Counted from the first letter of the stretch, positions 49,201-62,489 are shown. The stretch: 64,000 bases of DNA from Anthoceros angustus (GCA_010909165.1 MU008151.1:124001-188000), one strand, 5' to 3'. A program made the numbers and translations. Notes: generated from the sequence alone by a model not told the origin.

Positions 49201-50280
49201 ACTTAACTATTGCTAACTATGTTTAATTAACACTAATCAATGCTTCATTAGCATTAGAGGCGTTATTACCCTTATCCGTCCCAAGTACCCTCAAAATTAT
49301 GGCACCACATTAGCTCATTCCAGCAGCACACAATCGCCACAATTGTACGATCTTCTCCCACGCATCGATGTCCCATAGTCGTAGGCCCCTTCTACCACCC
49401 GTAAAAGGGATATAGGACTTTAGCCTATCGACATATCGGTGTGCCCTACGCTCCCACAAAGTAACACACTACCCCTACACATGTAGACACAAAACCTACA
49501 TAGGAGCGGATGAGGTTGACGAGGAAGCCGGACCTATGTTAAAACCTACATAGGAAGTGGAACCTACGTGCTTTCACACCGATGATGCAAAGCAGTTTCC
49601 ATGGACCTTCATCTCGCAAGTACTTCCCATCTCCGCAAGTGAAAGCAAACACATGTCGCGATGGGGAAGTACACCAAGGCAAACCACGGATGAGCAGAGT
49701 GTTCCGAGGCATGGGCTCAAGAAGGCAAGAAGAAAACGAACAACCGGGGGAGAGTAGTCCAGATGACATGTTGGCCATGCGCATGAGGATGTTGAAGACA
49801 ACCTCCACTCATGAACAAGGTTCATACCCTCAACGACATTCCAAGAAGATTGGTTTTGTGCACAATGCACTACATGAGGTGCGTTGTGTGTATTAATGAT
49901 AATGTTTTGACTTGAAGTCTCACATTATCGAGGAGGATCGGTTTGCACCTATACTTGCATATTAGATTTGTTTTGCTTGGTTGTTCGTTGAGGAAGTACT
50001 TATATGAATTCAAATGCTTACCTCTGCAACACCCTCCACCTCCTGCGTCCTCAGAGGCCCAAAGAAAGCCCCAGATTCATGCCATCCGCGATGGATGCCG
50101 GACTCGCCTAACTTCTTCTACCGCATGGCGGGCGAACTCCCTTCAAATCCCGCCCGAGCACGAGCATCCCCCAGCCCTACTGTGGATTGGCAGATTGTCC
50201 GACGGAGCGGTCCGGATGAGGTACTACCTCAATCAAGAGGCCTAGGTCCGCTTATCTGCCGGACCCTCCGCCTTCTTGGC
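43234..50280 (-). mobile_element. Internally deleted Ty3/gypsy-like retroelement region: gag-like ORF (45668-45198) fused to an accessory ORF (~45240-44100), bounded by ~1.1-kb direct repeats (43234-44346 and ~49245-50280), with a duplicated ~300-bp block (45697 and 47836)
   Basis: Gag-like FTGRVGTLPLEDFIEKY...YLGDEAL; accessory-ORF-like GWSMSDLKDRRVRAVAEII...GWIIFAQI...LSPFILLIW. No RT or integrase. The direct repeats are evident by eye. Confidence 0.6.
45975..48620. repeat. ~120-130-bp satellite arrays (45975-46720, 48113-48620) separated by a shuffled mosaic of the same modules, plus CTAGCA-rich short repeats (46755-46850, 48647-48800)
   Basis: Unit ccaattgctatcttctcctcccttatcccttgaa...ggccttaaaaggccaaacccctgtggaggcctcattcctctccttgga recurs at 45975, 46104, 46234, 46363, 46483 and 46600. 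Confidence 0.92.
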
Positions 50281-51213
50281 GCATGTTCTTCGTGACTACC
50301 GCTCATAACCGGCAACTGGGGTTGACCGCATGTCAAACGGCCCCATACCACTGTCCACGTGTCGCCCTTCTGAAATTACGACCCATGCTGTCGGACCACC
50401 TTGGACGCCCCCTCCTGACCTTCTCCTTCGGACCCCCTCCAGAGCTACTCCGGACCCTGCCTTCCTTGTGGCCAGCGGCCATCCCCGTGAGCTCCTCCGG
50501 ACCTTGCCCACATCGGAATTGTCGCCACACCTATGCAGCTTGGCTGGATAAGCCTTATTATCCATGTGTATCCCTTATTTCTCACACAAATCCTCACAAA
50601 AAAAATGAATACCTTACTAATCGACCCGAAGGGCTGAAGGAAAGTTAATGCATCCGTCCCTTGTCCACACATGGGTAGACGAGGTTTTCGACCTGTGGGA
50701 GAGGGGTGAGCTGCCAGAGCAAGGTAATCGGAAAAAAGGAGAGGGGGAAATCAAAACGGGGGACCGGAGACGGAACCAGCAGTGCGTGATCCTAATTTGA
50801 TCATAAAGCCAATGCATGCAACCAATTGGAGAGTTTTCCAAGGCATGCCTCCCGGAGAAGCAGGTGAACGAATAATAACGTTGTTTACGCTGGAGAAAAT
50901 AATTCAAGGCGAAGTGACTATGAGGGCATGAAGACGTGATAACCAAGGCGAAGAAGTTGTTGTCATGCTTCGTCAGCCTTGAGAGATAGGTAAAGTACTA
51001 ACCTGCCTGCCATTGCCATGTAGACACCACGTATGATCCATGTTCATGACTCCGACGATGGGTTTTTAACCAAAAACAAGTGTTTACCCAGTACGCCGTA
51101 GACCAGTGGATACACACTATGGGTGTAACGTAAAACTGCTGTGGTGTGTATGTGTAATGAAAGCAGACCTCGTAACCTCCTTCTTGGGACCTAGATTGAG
51201 GCATATCAAAATA

Positions 51214-51616
51214 CAGTCGGCCCCCCCTAATTGGGAACTCTATAAATGGGATTCCTCTCTAAATGGGACCTCCCATCCTACTCCCTTTAGTTTACAATGT
51301 AATAAATGGGACTTTTCCCTAAATGATAATTGGGACCTTTTGAAACATACATTCATGTTAGTTTCACCTCCTAAATGGGATTTTTATTTGTTTTACTTAA
51401 AAAAATTAAAAAAAAGAAAAAAGAATCGATTATTTCAGAGCACAATAGACTTTTAGTTGTGATTGAAGACTCTTAAGCTAACCTTTTCCGGTATTTTTTA
51501 TTTTAGAGTTTATAATATTTTATTATTTTTAAATAGGGAAAATATAATCGGGACACCTCCCTTAATGGGACCTCTAAAGGCACTCCGAACCAGTCCCAAT
51601 TAGGGGGGGTGGACTG
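51214..51616. mobile_element. Tc1/mariner (pogo-like) MITE, 403 bp
   Basis: TIRs CAGTCGGCCCCCCCTAATTGGGA and TCCCAATTAGGGGGGGTGGACTG, each flanked by TA (51212-13, 51617-18). AT-rich interior with subterminal AAATGGGA repeats. Confidence 0.85.
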
Positions 51617-52486
51617 TACATATGTGCCTCCATATTCATTCAAGAAGTCTTGCCTTCCAACGTACCATACAAGGAAATAAGCAAGCACGAGTTGCACACG
51701 TGAGTAGAAACATCTCGTATGTAGGAGTGTCAACTAATTAAATCAATAACTAAGAGTGAGAAGACAAAGATCCGTACTGAAGTGTGCAACCATTGTAACA
51801 AGATGAAAATAATTAAGAGTTATAAGACAAAGAAATCCTTGCAACATAATTGAAGAGTACAACGGCCACGGATGCAACTAAAATCGGAGTAACTACAACT
51901 GTGACCCACGTGGGGCATCATATCCAACATCCAAGGAAGAGGAAAATGAGATCTATCATTTCTACCACTATGTGTATATCCATATTACACGTAATCCCAT
52001 AATAAATTACACAGACTATAAGCATATATACTCTATTCATGGCTAGCAATGGCATTCCCAAGAAAGACAGGTGATAGACGTGAGCAAGCTCTTAGTTGCC
52101 ATATTCCGGCTAGGTACGTAGGTGCCCAACTTAGGAGCAAAAATCATCCAAAGGAGAAGCCTATCGGGGCAAGGAAAACGCTAGCAAGATCGCACAAGAA
52201 AGCAATGGCAGCATGATAGCCCGCAACAAACAACAAACCGGCGAACCGGAACGACTGGACGATGATGAGGGAACAAGGAGTGACCATTTAAGCATAAATG
52301 TGGTTAGCATGGCAGTTAGGGCCTACGGGCGCGGGTAACGGCCAGGGTGGGCAGGGCGCGACGCCCCGCCCGGCCCCGCCCCGCCCGGTGGGCCCCGCCA
52401 GCTCACCCGGGGCCGGGGCCCAAGTGCGCGATCACGACCCATGCGCCAGGACCGTAAACGGCCGCGCCCCCGGATAGTTAAAGGTT

Positions 52487-52498
52487 TGCCACGTGGCA
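52487..52498. promoter_or_regulatory. Perfect palindromic G-box TGCCACGTGGCA upstream of AGO
   Basis: About 215 bp upstream of the ATG, in a GC-rich promoter with GGGCCC motifs. Confidence 0.45.
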
Positions 52499-52710
52499 GG
52501 GGAGTGGCGGCGCCCAATTACGCGCCCCTCGCACCTTAAACCCTGGCGGCTCGCGGTAAGAGCCCGCATCATCACAAAGCGGGACGCTGGAAGCTCTTCG
52601 CTTTCGCTCCCGCCGTCTCCTTTCATTGGCCTTCCTGTGCTCTCATTCGCTTCGCTCGCAGGCTTCCGGCGTTGCGAGCGAGAGCGAGAGCGAGAGCGAG
52701 GTGCGGTGCA

Positions 52711-55700
52711 ATGGCCTCGGGCTCCGACGCGCCCGGGCCTGCGGGGCCCCTGCTCCCGCTGCAGCGGAAGGGATTTGGCGGCGCCGGGAGGAGCATCCGG
52801 CTGCTTTGCAACCACTTCAAAGTGCGGTGCAGTTTGAAGGAGGCTGTGTATCAGTACAGCGTGGGTGGCTCTGCCTCTCCCTTGTGCCCAATTGGGCTCT
52901 TTTCTGTCTGCACTGGGCGTGCTGGGGCGGGGGGTGATGGTGTTGTGGGCGTTGCTGCTGCTTTGCAGGTGGCGATCGAGCCTGCCATCACCCGCAAGGG
53001 GCTGCGCCGGGTCGTGATGACCAAGCTGCTGGAGACGTTCGGGCAGGTGGAGCTGCAGGGGAAGCGATTCGCGTACGACGGAGAGAACTGCCTCTTCACC
53101 GTCGGGCCGCTGCAGTTCAGGAGCCGGGAATTCCCCGTCATCCTGGACGATAAGCGGCAATCCTCGAGGTGGGTGGGGATTGGTTGTGTTGCGAGGGTGA
53201 AGCGTGGATGTTTTGAGCTTGTGGGCGGTGGTGGAGAGTGAGCTCCGTGTGTGTGGTGGGCCGAATGTGCATGGCAGGTCGGCTGTGGGAGGGGGGTCGG
53301 GGGATGGGGGGGATGAGGACAATGACGGAGGGAAGAAGAAGCGGAGGCTCGGGTCCCGGGGAAGGGAATTCTCGGTCAAGGTAGAGTACGCTGCCGTGGT
53401 GAACATGGGCGCTATTGACGAGATTCTGCGTGGGCGGGTGGCGGAGACAGCGCAGGATGCGCTGCGGGTGCTTGACATTGTGTTGCGAGAGCATGCAGCC
53501 ACCAGGTGGGTGGGTGGGTTTGGTGTTGGTTTTTGTCTGGGGTTCTTGTTGGATCTTTCTTGGGTGACGGGCGCCGTGCTGGGTTGCAGGGGCTACCTTC
53601 TGGTCCGGGAGAGCTACTTCCACGCCTCGCTCGGGAAGGTCGGGGACCTGGGCGACGGGGTGCAGTCGTGGCCCGGGTTCCATGTCAGCTTCAGGCCCAC
53701 GCTCGCGGGGCTGACGCTCAATTTTGGTGGGTTGCTGGAATGCGAGTTGGGTTTCTGGGTTGTGGCTGTTTTGTGACCGTTTTGGCGTTTTCGGCGTTTT
53801 CGGTCTGACAGATTCGTCCACCACGACCGTGATCAAGCCGGGGCCGGTGATAGAGTTTCTGCAGGACAATTTCAAGAAGAAAGTGAGCTCGTTTCGGCCG
53901 GAGGATTGGCAGAAGGTAAGGTTGTGGGTTTCTGCATGCTTGCGGTGAGGTGGGTTGGGGATGGAGGGTTGTGGGTTGGACCGTTCGTGACGGAGGGAGG
54001 TTGTGGTTTGCAGGCCCGGAGGCTGCTGAAGGGGATCAGGGTTGAGTCGACTCAAAGCAAAGTGCAGCAGGCGCACAAGATTGTGGGATTCAGTCCGGAG
54101 CCCTGCGAGAACTTGAAGTGCGTTTGGCGTTTGGTTGCTGTCGTCTTTTTTGCTCTCTTTGCGAGGCGTTGGGCGGGCTGAACGGGGCTGCTTTGCTTCG
54201 TCTGGGATTGTGTTGATGTGAAGGTTTTCTAAGAGAGTCAGGGATGAGGATGGCAACTTTGTGGAGCTCCCGGCTATCTCTGTTGCGGAGCATTTCGCGA
54301 AGATGTATAGCTACACCCTCAAGCATCCACAGTTGCCTGCACTGGACGTTGGCAACCCGAAGAAGCCCATCTACCTCCCAATGGAGGTATGGTTGGCATG
54401 CACACAAGATTCCTGTTCACTTCAGTACTTCTGGTGCTTGTCAGCACTGAAGCCGACTTTCACGTAGGTTTGCTCCATCACTCCCGGGCAACGGTACATG
54501 AAGGCGTTGACGAGCAGCCAGAGAGCCAACCATATCGGGCAGTCTAGGCAGTCGCCGGATGAAAGAAAGAAGCTAGTGAAACAGGTGATTCTGCACTTCC
54601 TCGGTTTGGGTTTGGTGATGTCGAATTTCATCTGCTTCTTGCCAGCTGACATAGCTGCATCTTGTGCCAGGCTTTGCAAAGCAATGAGTACGAGAAGAAT
54701 GATCTGGTGAAAGCATTTGGCATCCAAGTTGACAGGGATCTGGCCGTCATTCAGGGCCGTATTTTGGATGCGCCAGCTGTAAGATTGACAGACATTTCCT
54801 TCAAGATGGCGTGGTGTGTAAGGTTGTGATCCTGTTCTAATGAGTCCTGGACTGGTTTTGGCAGGTGCGGTTTGGACGGGAAGTGGAGGAAGTTCCTCGA
54901 AATGGGCGGTGGAACTTTAATCAGAAGGTGGTTTCTGCGGCAATGTAGTTTTGTTCTTCTTTAGGTGGAATCTTGGGCCGAAGAGTAAAATTGAGCCTGA
55001 GTGTTTGTCCAGAATCTGATAAAGGGAGCTGAAGTCGGACAGTGGGCCGTTTTGTGTTTCTCGTCAAGAACCCGTGAGTCAGAAGCCAAGAGCATCGGCA
55101 TTCAGCTGAAGGAATGTTGTAATAGGAAAGGAATGGTACTAATCTGGTCCCTGCACGCCTCCGTTGATTAATCCTGTCCTCCTTGCGTTTTCCTTGCAAT
55201 TGATCCCAATTGCCTATTGTAGAACATGCAAGATCCTATGGCAGTTGTCTGCGAGAGACCGAACATGCAAGGTCGGGCTCCAGGAGATAGAGTGGAGAAT
55301 GCGATAGGGCAACTGAAGAATTCGTGCAAGGCAAAGCCCCGATTGATTGTGTGCATTCTCCCGGATAAAAACTCAGATCTATACGGTTAGTGCCACTTCT
55401 CTGTGAATGCCCGTGGTTGCTTGAACATTGTTCTTCATGATTTCAGAAAAAGTTATCTAACCTTGAAGATTCACTGTTGTTGGGCAGCTCCAATAAAACG
55501 CATCACTGAAACTTCAGCAGGGATCATATCGCAGTGCATTGTCCCCCCAAGACCTTTGAAAGATCAGTATTTAACCAATGTGTCTTTGAAGATAAACATT
55601 AAGGTGGTTAGCTCTCTATGCCTAAGGTGTGCGATTACTAGGTTTGTTTTCTCTCTTCTCTTGCTACTGATTAGAGAGACTTGGCGGTTCCCAGCTAGGA

Positions 55701-57197
55701 GGTTACAATTCTCTTCTGAGCTTGGAGCACAAGAAGAGTATTCCGAAAGTTTCCAGTGTTCCGACTATTATTTTTGGCATGGATGTCTCCCATGGGTCAC
55801 CTGGGGATGCGGACTCACCTTCCATCGCAGCTGTAAGTACGGCTGCAACAGTAGCCCATCCATGTCTTGTATGCAACTGTTTTTTCTCATGCAGTATAAT
55901 CTGTCTGCTCTTTCTTCACTGTGAAGGTTGTAGCATCCCGGGGTTGGCCCCGGATTTCCCAATATGCAGCCAGACTTAGATCTCAGCCTTCTAGGAATGA
56001 GATGATTGACGGGTTGTATGAAGAAGAAAATGGCAACCCTGGTGGCATGATCAGGTATCCATGGCAGTCCAGCGTTGGTGTGCACATGCTGTCTGTACGT
56101 AAAAACATTGCCCCTCAAAGTCGCTCTGTGTCCGCATATAGGGACCACCTTGTGGGCTTCTTTCAGTCTTGCAACAGGAGCGAATGTCCTGACCCAAAGC
56201 CCAAACAAATCATCATCTTCAGGTTTCGTATCTCCTTTGTGTGTTCATCGCATCCTTGGGATCAGCATCCTTAAGAAACTGGGTTGCCCTAACATGCAGG
56301 GATGGAGTGAGTGAATCGCAGTTCGAGCAAGTTCTGATGCACGAGCTGCCTGCTTTCAAGAAGGTTAAACTTCGACCATCCTAGCTATGGTTGCCGGCCA
56401 TTGATCAGGAATGCAGGGACTGACTGAACGGCGTGGAACTGTTTCAGGCTATTAGCTCGCTACCTAACTGTACCGCAAAGATAACTCTGGTCATCGTCCA
56501 GAAACGACACCATACGCGTTTCTTTCCGGAGGGAAGCGGAAATGTGGTTCCCGGTAATCTACTGGAAACATATGCGGGTTGCGTTACGCGAAACGTTTGC
56601 TCATTCCGATTTCGTCGTGGTTGTATCTGTAACAGTCATTTTGTTTTTCAGGTACTATTATTGACCGAGACGTGGTACACCCACGTAACTTCGACTTCTA
56701 CCTTTGTAGCCATGCAGGGCTGATTGTACGTAAGCAAATTTTTTCATTGTCTTTCCAGCTCATAAACATGAGTTTTCGTACTGAAGTCACTTACTTTGAA
56801 CAGGGAACCACTAGGCCTACTCATTATCATGTTCTATACGATGAGAACAATTTCACACCTGATGAGATTCAAAACTTGAGCAATTCCTTATGTTACACCT
56901 ATGCCAAGTGCACGACCGCTGTGTCAGTTGGTGAGTACGCTTTACTTGACAAGTCCGGTGCTTGGCTTCTGGTAACATCTGTTCTGAAAACGTACTATTA
57001 ACTTCTGATTTTGGGATGCAGTACCACCAGCCTATTACGCCCATTTGGCTGCTACTCACGGTCGATGTTACCTGGAAACTGGTGGAGATTCCGAAACATC
57101 CTCCAGGAGTCACTCTCGGGCAGGAGGCGCTGCGGGCAGACAGCAGGAGCTGCCCAAGCTGGTAGAAAGCATGCAGAACTGCATGTTTTTCTGCTAG
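52711..57197 (+). CDS. AGO4: Argonaute, AGO4/6-clade-like, about 21 exons, catalytic tetrad apparently intact
   Basis: N domain [23 protein letters not shown]; [21 protein letters not shown]; [21 protein letters not shown]; [80 protein letters not shown] and the many introns point to the AGO4/6 clade. Confidence 0.93.
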
Positions 57198-57348
57198 CAA
57201 CAATTTTGTGAACCAGTATGTACGGTGGTAGAGCATAAATTATGGACGATACCGGGTAGAAGCGTTCGACCCCATATATGGTTGCCTCTGCTATGCCTTG
57301 AGGCCAGGATCCGACCAAGCGAGAAGAGGAAGGCGCTGCAAGCTGTGA

Positions 57349-58775
57349 TTATTGTGAATCTCCATTTTCTTCCTCTATAAGAATCCTTTTACAGGCCTCG
57401 TAGCACATGAACGAAATTCCAGCTGCTGGCATAAGCTTTATGCAACTTGCGGCAAGGCCCCTGTACAATCCTGCAGCTCCTTCCAGCTTTGCTATAGTTG
57501 TTAGGGCGTGAAGAACATTGTCGTATCTGGGCCTGCCAGCAAGTGCTCCTACTTGCATCTGTTTCCTGGCCACTTCAAGAGGAAAAGTAGCAGAGCTTGC
57601 CATGGCGGCTGAGCAAGACCCAATACATAGGGTGGCCAAGTTCCCAATCTGATCCTTCTTTGTAACCCTCTTATAAGTCTTTCGCAAGGTGTCATAAGCA
57701 CAGTAGTTTATCGCTGCGTACGGGATCACACCAATCAAGCTCGGAGTGAGACCCCTGTACATCTCCTTGAAGCCTTCTTCTTCGCAAATCTTTACTAAAG
57801 CATGGAACATGTTGTCATATACTCCTCGCTGTAAGAAAAGAAACCACGTCAGACCACATTTGCGGCTGCACACACCAGAAAATGGTAGGCTCTGCAGAGG
57901 AGCTCACTTGGATGGTCAGTCGCGTCTTGAGAAGTTCAAGAGGATATGTACAAAGGGTTGAACAGACTCCGGCAGATGCTCCAGCGATGATAGAGATCGG
58001 AATTGGAATCCTTTGCGGCTCCCCGTCTTTAGGAGTCAGAAATTTCTTCACAGTATCATAGGCGAAAAGCTGCAGGGGGACGAAGGCCAACTTCCCGATG
58101 AGAATCCTTCACATTAAGTTCACTGGTCTAAGGTGCTGCACGACTGCCGGACAGATGAGACTACCCAAGGGATGTTCCTTGCACCTACTGAATCGGGATG
58201 CACAACAAACTCACCTCAATTGCTTTGCTCGGAGCAACCCGTATGACGTTCACTCCGTTACCCCGAAACAAGCCTCTCCAGCCTTCGGCGGTCACAATTT
58301 GGGTAAACACAGCACTGGCAGAGTGCGCCCCCGTCCCTACCATCAAATGCGTTCTCACAGTCTCAACCGGTGCTACAGCTGTTCGAGACACGGCGCCAGC
58401 TATAGCCCCGCTTACAAGCCGCTTGGTAGCCGGGGTTCCCAATTTCATCCTCAGCCACTGTTTCCACGCATTCCTCGGTCTCTGCTGCTGTGATCGCTTC
58501 CGCTCCAGTTTCGTTTGCGCCTCATCGTCAGACACCAATTCGTCGTACCCCTCCTCTACATCGGGGCAAAGTGCCTTGTACCCTAGAATGCGAGTCGCAG
58601 CCAATTGCCCTCTCGCAAGCTCCAACCGTGGGTCGGCAGTCAAGGACACCACCGCGGGTAAAGCACTGGCGGCTGCTCTCTCCGCCTTCAACAGCGACTG
58701 CCTTTGCATATGCATCTGGCCTGCCACTGACACTGAACATGACCAGTTGTCTGGTCCGCCCCGAGATCCAGCCAT
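57349..58775 (-). CDS. BT1: Mitochondrial-carrier-family adenine nucleotide transporter, Brittle-1-like. Exons 58775-58215, 58069-57908, 57828-57349.
   Basis: KRLVSGAIAGAVSRTAVAPVETVRTHLMVG, GWRGLFRGNGVNVIRVAPSKAIELFAYDTV, YPLELLKTRLTIQRGVY, FPLEVARKQMQVGA and CIKLMPAAGISFMCYEACKRIL. Confidence 0.94.
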
Positions 58776-60396
58776 TCAGACAGACCACCGATACGCTCCA
58801 CCTCACGCTTCTGCCCGTGCCTGCGTCCAAGTACCAGTGGCAACGACACTGATTCTCAAGCGTCAGCCCCGGTTCGGATTCAATTCATCCTATCTCAAGA
58901 TCAGCCGTCCCTGGAAGTAGGCGCCTGTCAATCTGTAAGTCCCCATGGTCACGGACTGGCAAACCTGAAATCCGCAAGAGACAGTTCAGAAAATGTCTGC
59001 AGATTCCTTCCTACCTACTTACATACATCCGAACACTTCCATTTCCAGCGCGTCAATCCAAACAAATGAGACGACTTTAACGAGAACTTACCTAACTAAG
59101 GAACCGACCACGACCGTGCTGCCTGCCCCAGCAAGGCAAGCCTGCTCGGAGAATATGAGCCCTCTCCACCTTCCCTCCCGATGCAGCGAACCTTCAACTT
59201 TTATTCCGCCTGACGACTTATTCTAATCTATGCATCCAAATACTTCCGTTTCAGCCCGGCAATCCAAACAATGTAAGACCACTCTCACAACAAGTTTCCT
59301 ACAAAGGAAACGATGGTGCACCGGCAAGGCGGGCCTGCTCGGAGAGCAAGGACGCCACCTTTTCCTGCTCCTCTCCCGATGCCAGCCGAACTCCAAACTT
59401 TTCCTCCCTTCCCCGCCTCAGCTCGGCAAAATCTCCCCGCTCTCCTTCCGTCCCGCAACCAGAAATTCGCACCTCAATAACAGACACAACAACCTGTCAC
59501 CCGAACGCAACCAGAACACCACCAGCGCAAGCTTGAGATGGCCGCTTCTTCCAGCATTTAGCGACCGCACATTCCACTGCAACAAAGCTTCCGACGAACG
59601 CTCACTTCAGCCACCTCACCGCGGCCGCAAGCAGGACTGGGTTGCCGAGGCGCCAGAACGGATGGAGGACAGAAATGCGAGTGGCGAGCGACGCGGCAGA
59701 AAGGAAAGGGATGGAGGAGGCCAGCGCGCCACTCGGGGTTTAGCGACTTTATCGCGGTAAGGGGAACGGGCGCTCATAACAACCGCAACCCTTTCACACC
59801 TGGCTGCATACTTGTGTGGCTCCTGGCGACCACGGACTCGACTGGGGCCAGTTCCGGATCCTCTCGGATTCCCACGGCATATTCCGCTCCGCCATCGGTT
59901 TTCCCTGTCCTGTGCATGCGCATGTTGCTTACACTTCCCTTGCCGAGGTAAAGATTGTGATTCTGCGCATCTCGTTCGTCGGTTGCGGGGTGGTTCTGCG
60001 AATTGCATCTTGTCTCAAAGCAGCTTCTGCTGTCCTAACCTACAGTCGGATCTCATCGGTGGTGTTGTTTTCTTGCAGCGCCTCGGGAAAGGCAGCAGCG
60101 GCATCGAAAGGTTCCGATTGTTACTAAGCGAAAGGGAGTCGTGTAGCCACGGCCAGGCTGGTGTGGATTTGTCCGGCCGTCACTGTTGAGTGAGTGTGCG
60201 GAATCTGGCCACCACAGGAGACTGGACTGAAGCCGATGAACAACTCTATGTACATCTTACCTTGCTTTTGGTCAGCGCAAAGCAGAGCATGATCGAGGGT
60301 TTGGTGGAGATGTTGGACTTGTTATACGTGGCGTCAGGCTGTGGTTGCACCGTGCACGAGGCACTGTTTTCAAGTGCTCTTGACAGATTAATGGGA

Positions 60397-60463
60397 GGCA
60401 TGCGCCCCTGGATTGATGGAAGGCATGAGCCCCTGGATTGATGGAAGGCATGGGCCCCTGGAA
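60397..60463. repeat. 25-bp tandem repeat, about 2.7 copies
   Basis: Unit ggcatg(c/a/g)gcccctggattgatggaa. Confidence 0.9.
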
Positions 60464-62489
60464 GACATGGTCCCGGTGGATGATGGAAATGTTCGTTGGA
60501 TGAGGTTGAAGTGACTGTCAGCTTTCTCGGCTGCGTTATACCTGTTTTGAAGTGTGGCAGGAGGAAACAAGGTGACGTTGTTTTACATTATCTTTATTTC
60601 TCCATACCATATCCGGTGGGGATAGGGATGGGAGAAAGGAGTACATGGGCGCTCAAAGCTGGTCCGCTCGCTGAGATGGCGGAAAAAGGAGAGCGTTCCG
60701 ATCATGTGGACTGAGCTAGCCTGACCGGCTGCTTGCTTGTCTAGACCATGCTGCACATCCCTTTTCAATGTCACCTGGTAGGGCACATATAACGAACTGG
60801 ATCTGGATTTCGGAAGTCGCATTCTTCCGAGATGCCAACGTCAAGCTCGACTTCCCAGCCCTGTTGGACGTTGGGGTGGTCCATGTAACTTGCAGCTTGG
60901 TGCACAACCATTGGCCCGCTCCACCCACATCCGAGCGGCCGAAATTCACATCCCGGACGGGAGGCTCCGGTGAGTGGGATGTTGGGGTCCGGTGATTGGT
61001 TTCAGGCGATGTGCTGCCTCCGTGTCCTGAAGCGGGACCAAGACACAATCAGGTGACGACGGCAGACAACAGTGGGGTACAAGCTGAACCTGAACTTGGT
61101 GGTCCGTCTCCCACGGGAGCCCAGCCAAGTGTCGAATCGGAGATGAGGTGAGGCAGCTCGGGGCCCACGCTTATCTTCCTCCGGGCCCCGGCGGACAATG
61201 TTCCATGTAGATACCATAGAGTAGGAACCCGCTTCGGAGAGAGACTGGGCATGACACGACTCCTCCAGGGACACACCACACAACAGGTGTGGACGGGACA
61301 TGAAAGAACGGACTTAAGAAGGGCCCCGCCTCTAAAATAAAATTCTCTATTCAATTTAAATATATAAAGACCTGTATAGGTATACCCCTTAGATCATATA
61401 TACATCAAGTTATATATATATGAGAAAGATGGATGAGGAAGGGATTAGGGTTGATGGATGAGGAAGGGATTAGGGTTTATTCTTTTCATATAGGTAGTTT
61501 CGTACTCTCCTCTACATATAAATATACAACAAAAAAAAGAAGTAAACCCTATTAACAACAATCACACTCACTTTATCAACGAATATTAAAGAAATAAAAA
61601 AAGATAATAGAAGAGTTTTTATATATATATATATATTAAAAATGTAACCTCTTCTATTGTTCATAACTTCTATTATGCAAGAGCTTCAAGTTCAGTATCT
61701 TGCATCTTATGCAAAATTGAGTTAACATCAACATTGAATAGTAAATTGATCATGTTGTGCACAAACTAACTACTTGATATATGAACACCAAAACATGTTA
61801 ATACATGATGAATATGTATTCTAAAGTAATATGTCTTGAACAGACAACAAAAGCATAGGTTACATTCTTTAATCCATCATGAGAAAGTGGATTGTAATGG
61901 TAAATATTGTACAAAATATATAATAAATATAAAATATAATAAATACATATTTGATAAACTTTAGATAGATAGCTAGGACTGATAAGAATTAACTTAGAAA
62001 ACTCCACCATTGAGTCATGGGTGAGCCGACACATGCCATAACCATTACCATCATGATCGCAAAGGATCTTCATGGCTTGGCTATCTATTGGAGTTTTTCC
62101 TTAGTGAGTTATTTATACTCATATTTACTTATATTTATTATTTTATTTCATACTTACGATATATTTTATACCCTATTTATCATCATGTGGATGAGTTAGA
62201 TTTCACAAATTTGAAGAATTAAAATGAAAATACCAAAGTATGTTTTATTACTAAATATTTTAAAGAGATATATGTGATACGAGCAAACTAGAACTTTAAT
62301 GGGCTCACGTTTTGGACTTATTATATTATGCTTCCTTTCTACTAAGAAAAACTAGGTTAAAAATGTTTCATATATCATATTTGCTTCTTACTAGAGAAAA
62401 AATATTTTATTCTTTAAAATATCATGCTTTATCGGTGAATTGAATTATACTATATTCAATTACAATACTAAAATTTCTAACAATAAGGT

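Noticed and set aside
43234-50283. Canonical full-length LTR retrotransposon or DIRS element
   Set aside because: No TG...CA termini, PBS, target-site duplication, RT, integrase or tyrosine recombinase were found.
53138-54256. 372-aa minus-strand ORF, and similar overlapping ORFs at 52432, 39204 and 16316
   Set aside because: Antisense or alternative frames of GC-rich AGO, PR-1 and LUX exons.
59800-61350. Possible gene divergent from BT1
   Set aside because: Splice-like sites are present, but there is no coherent ORF or homology; left unannotated.
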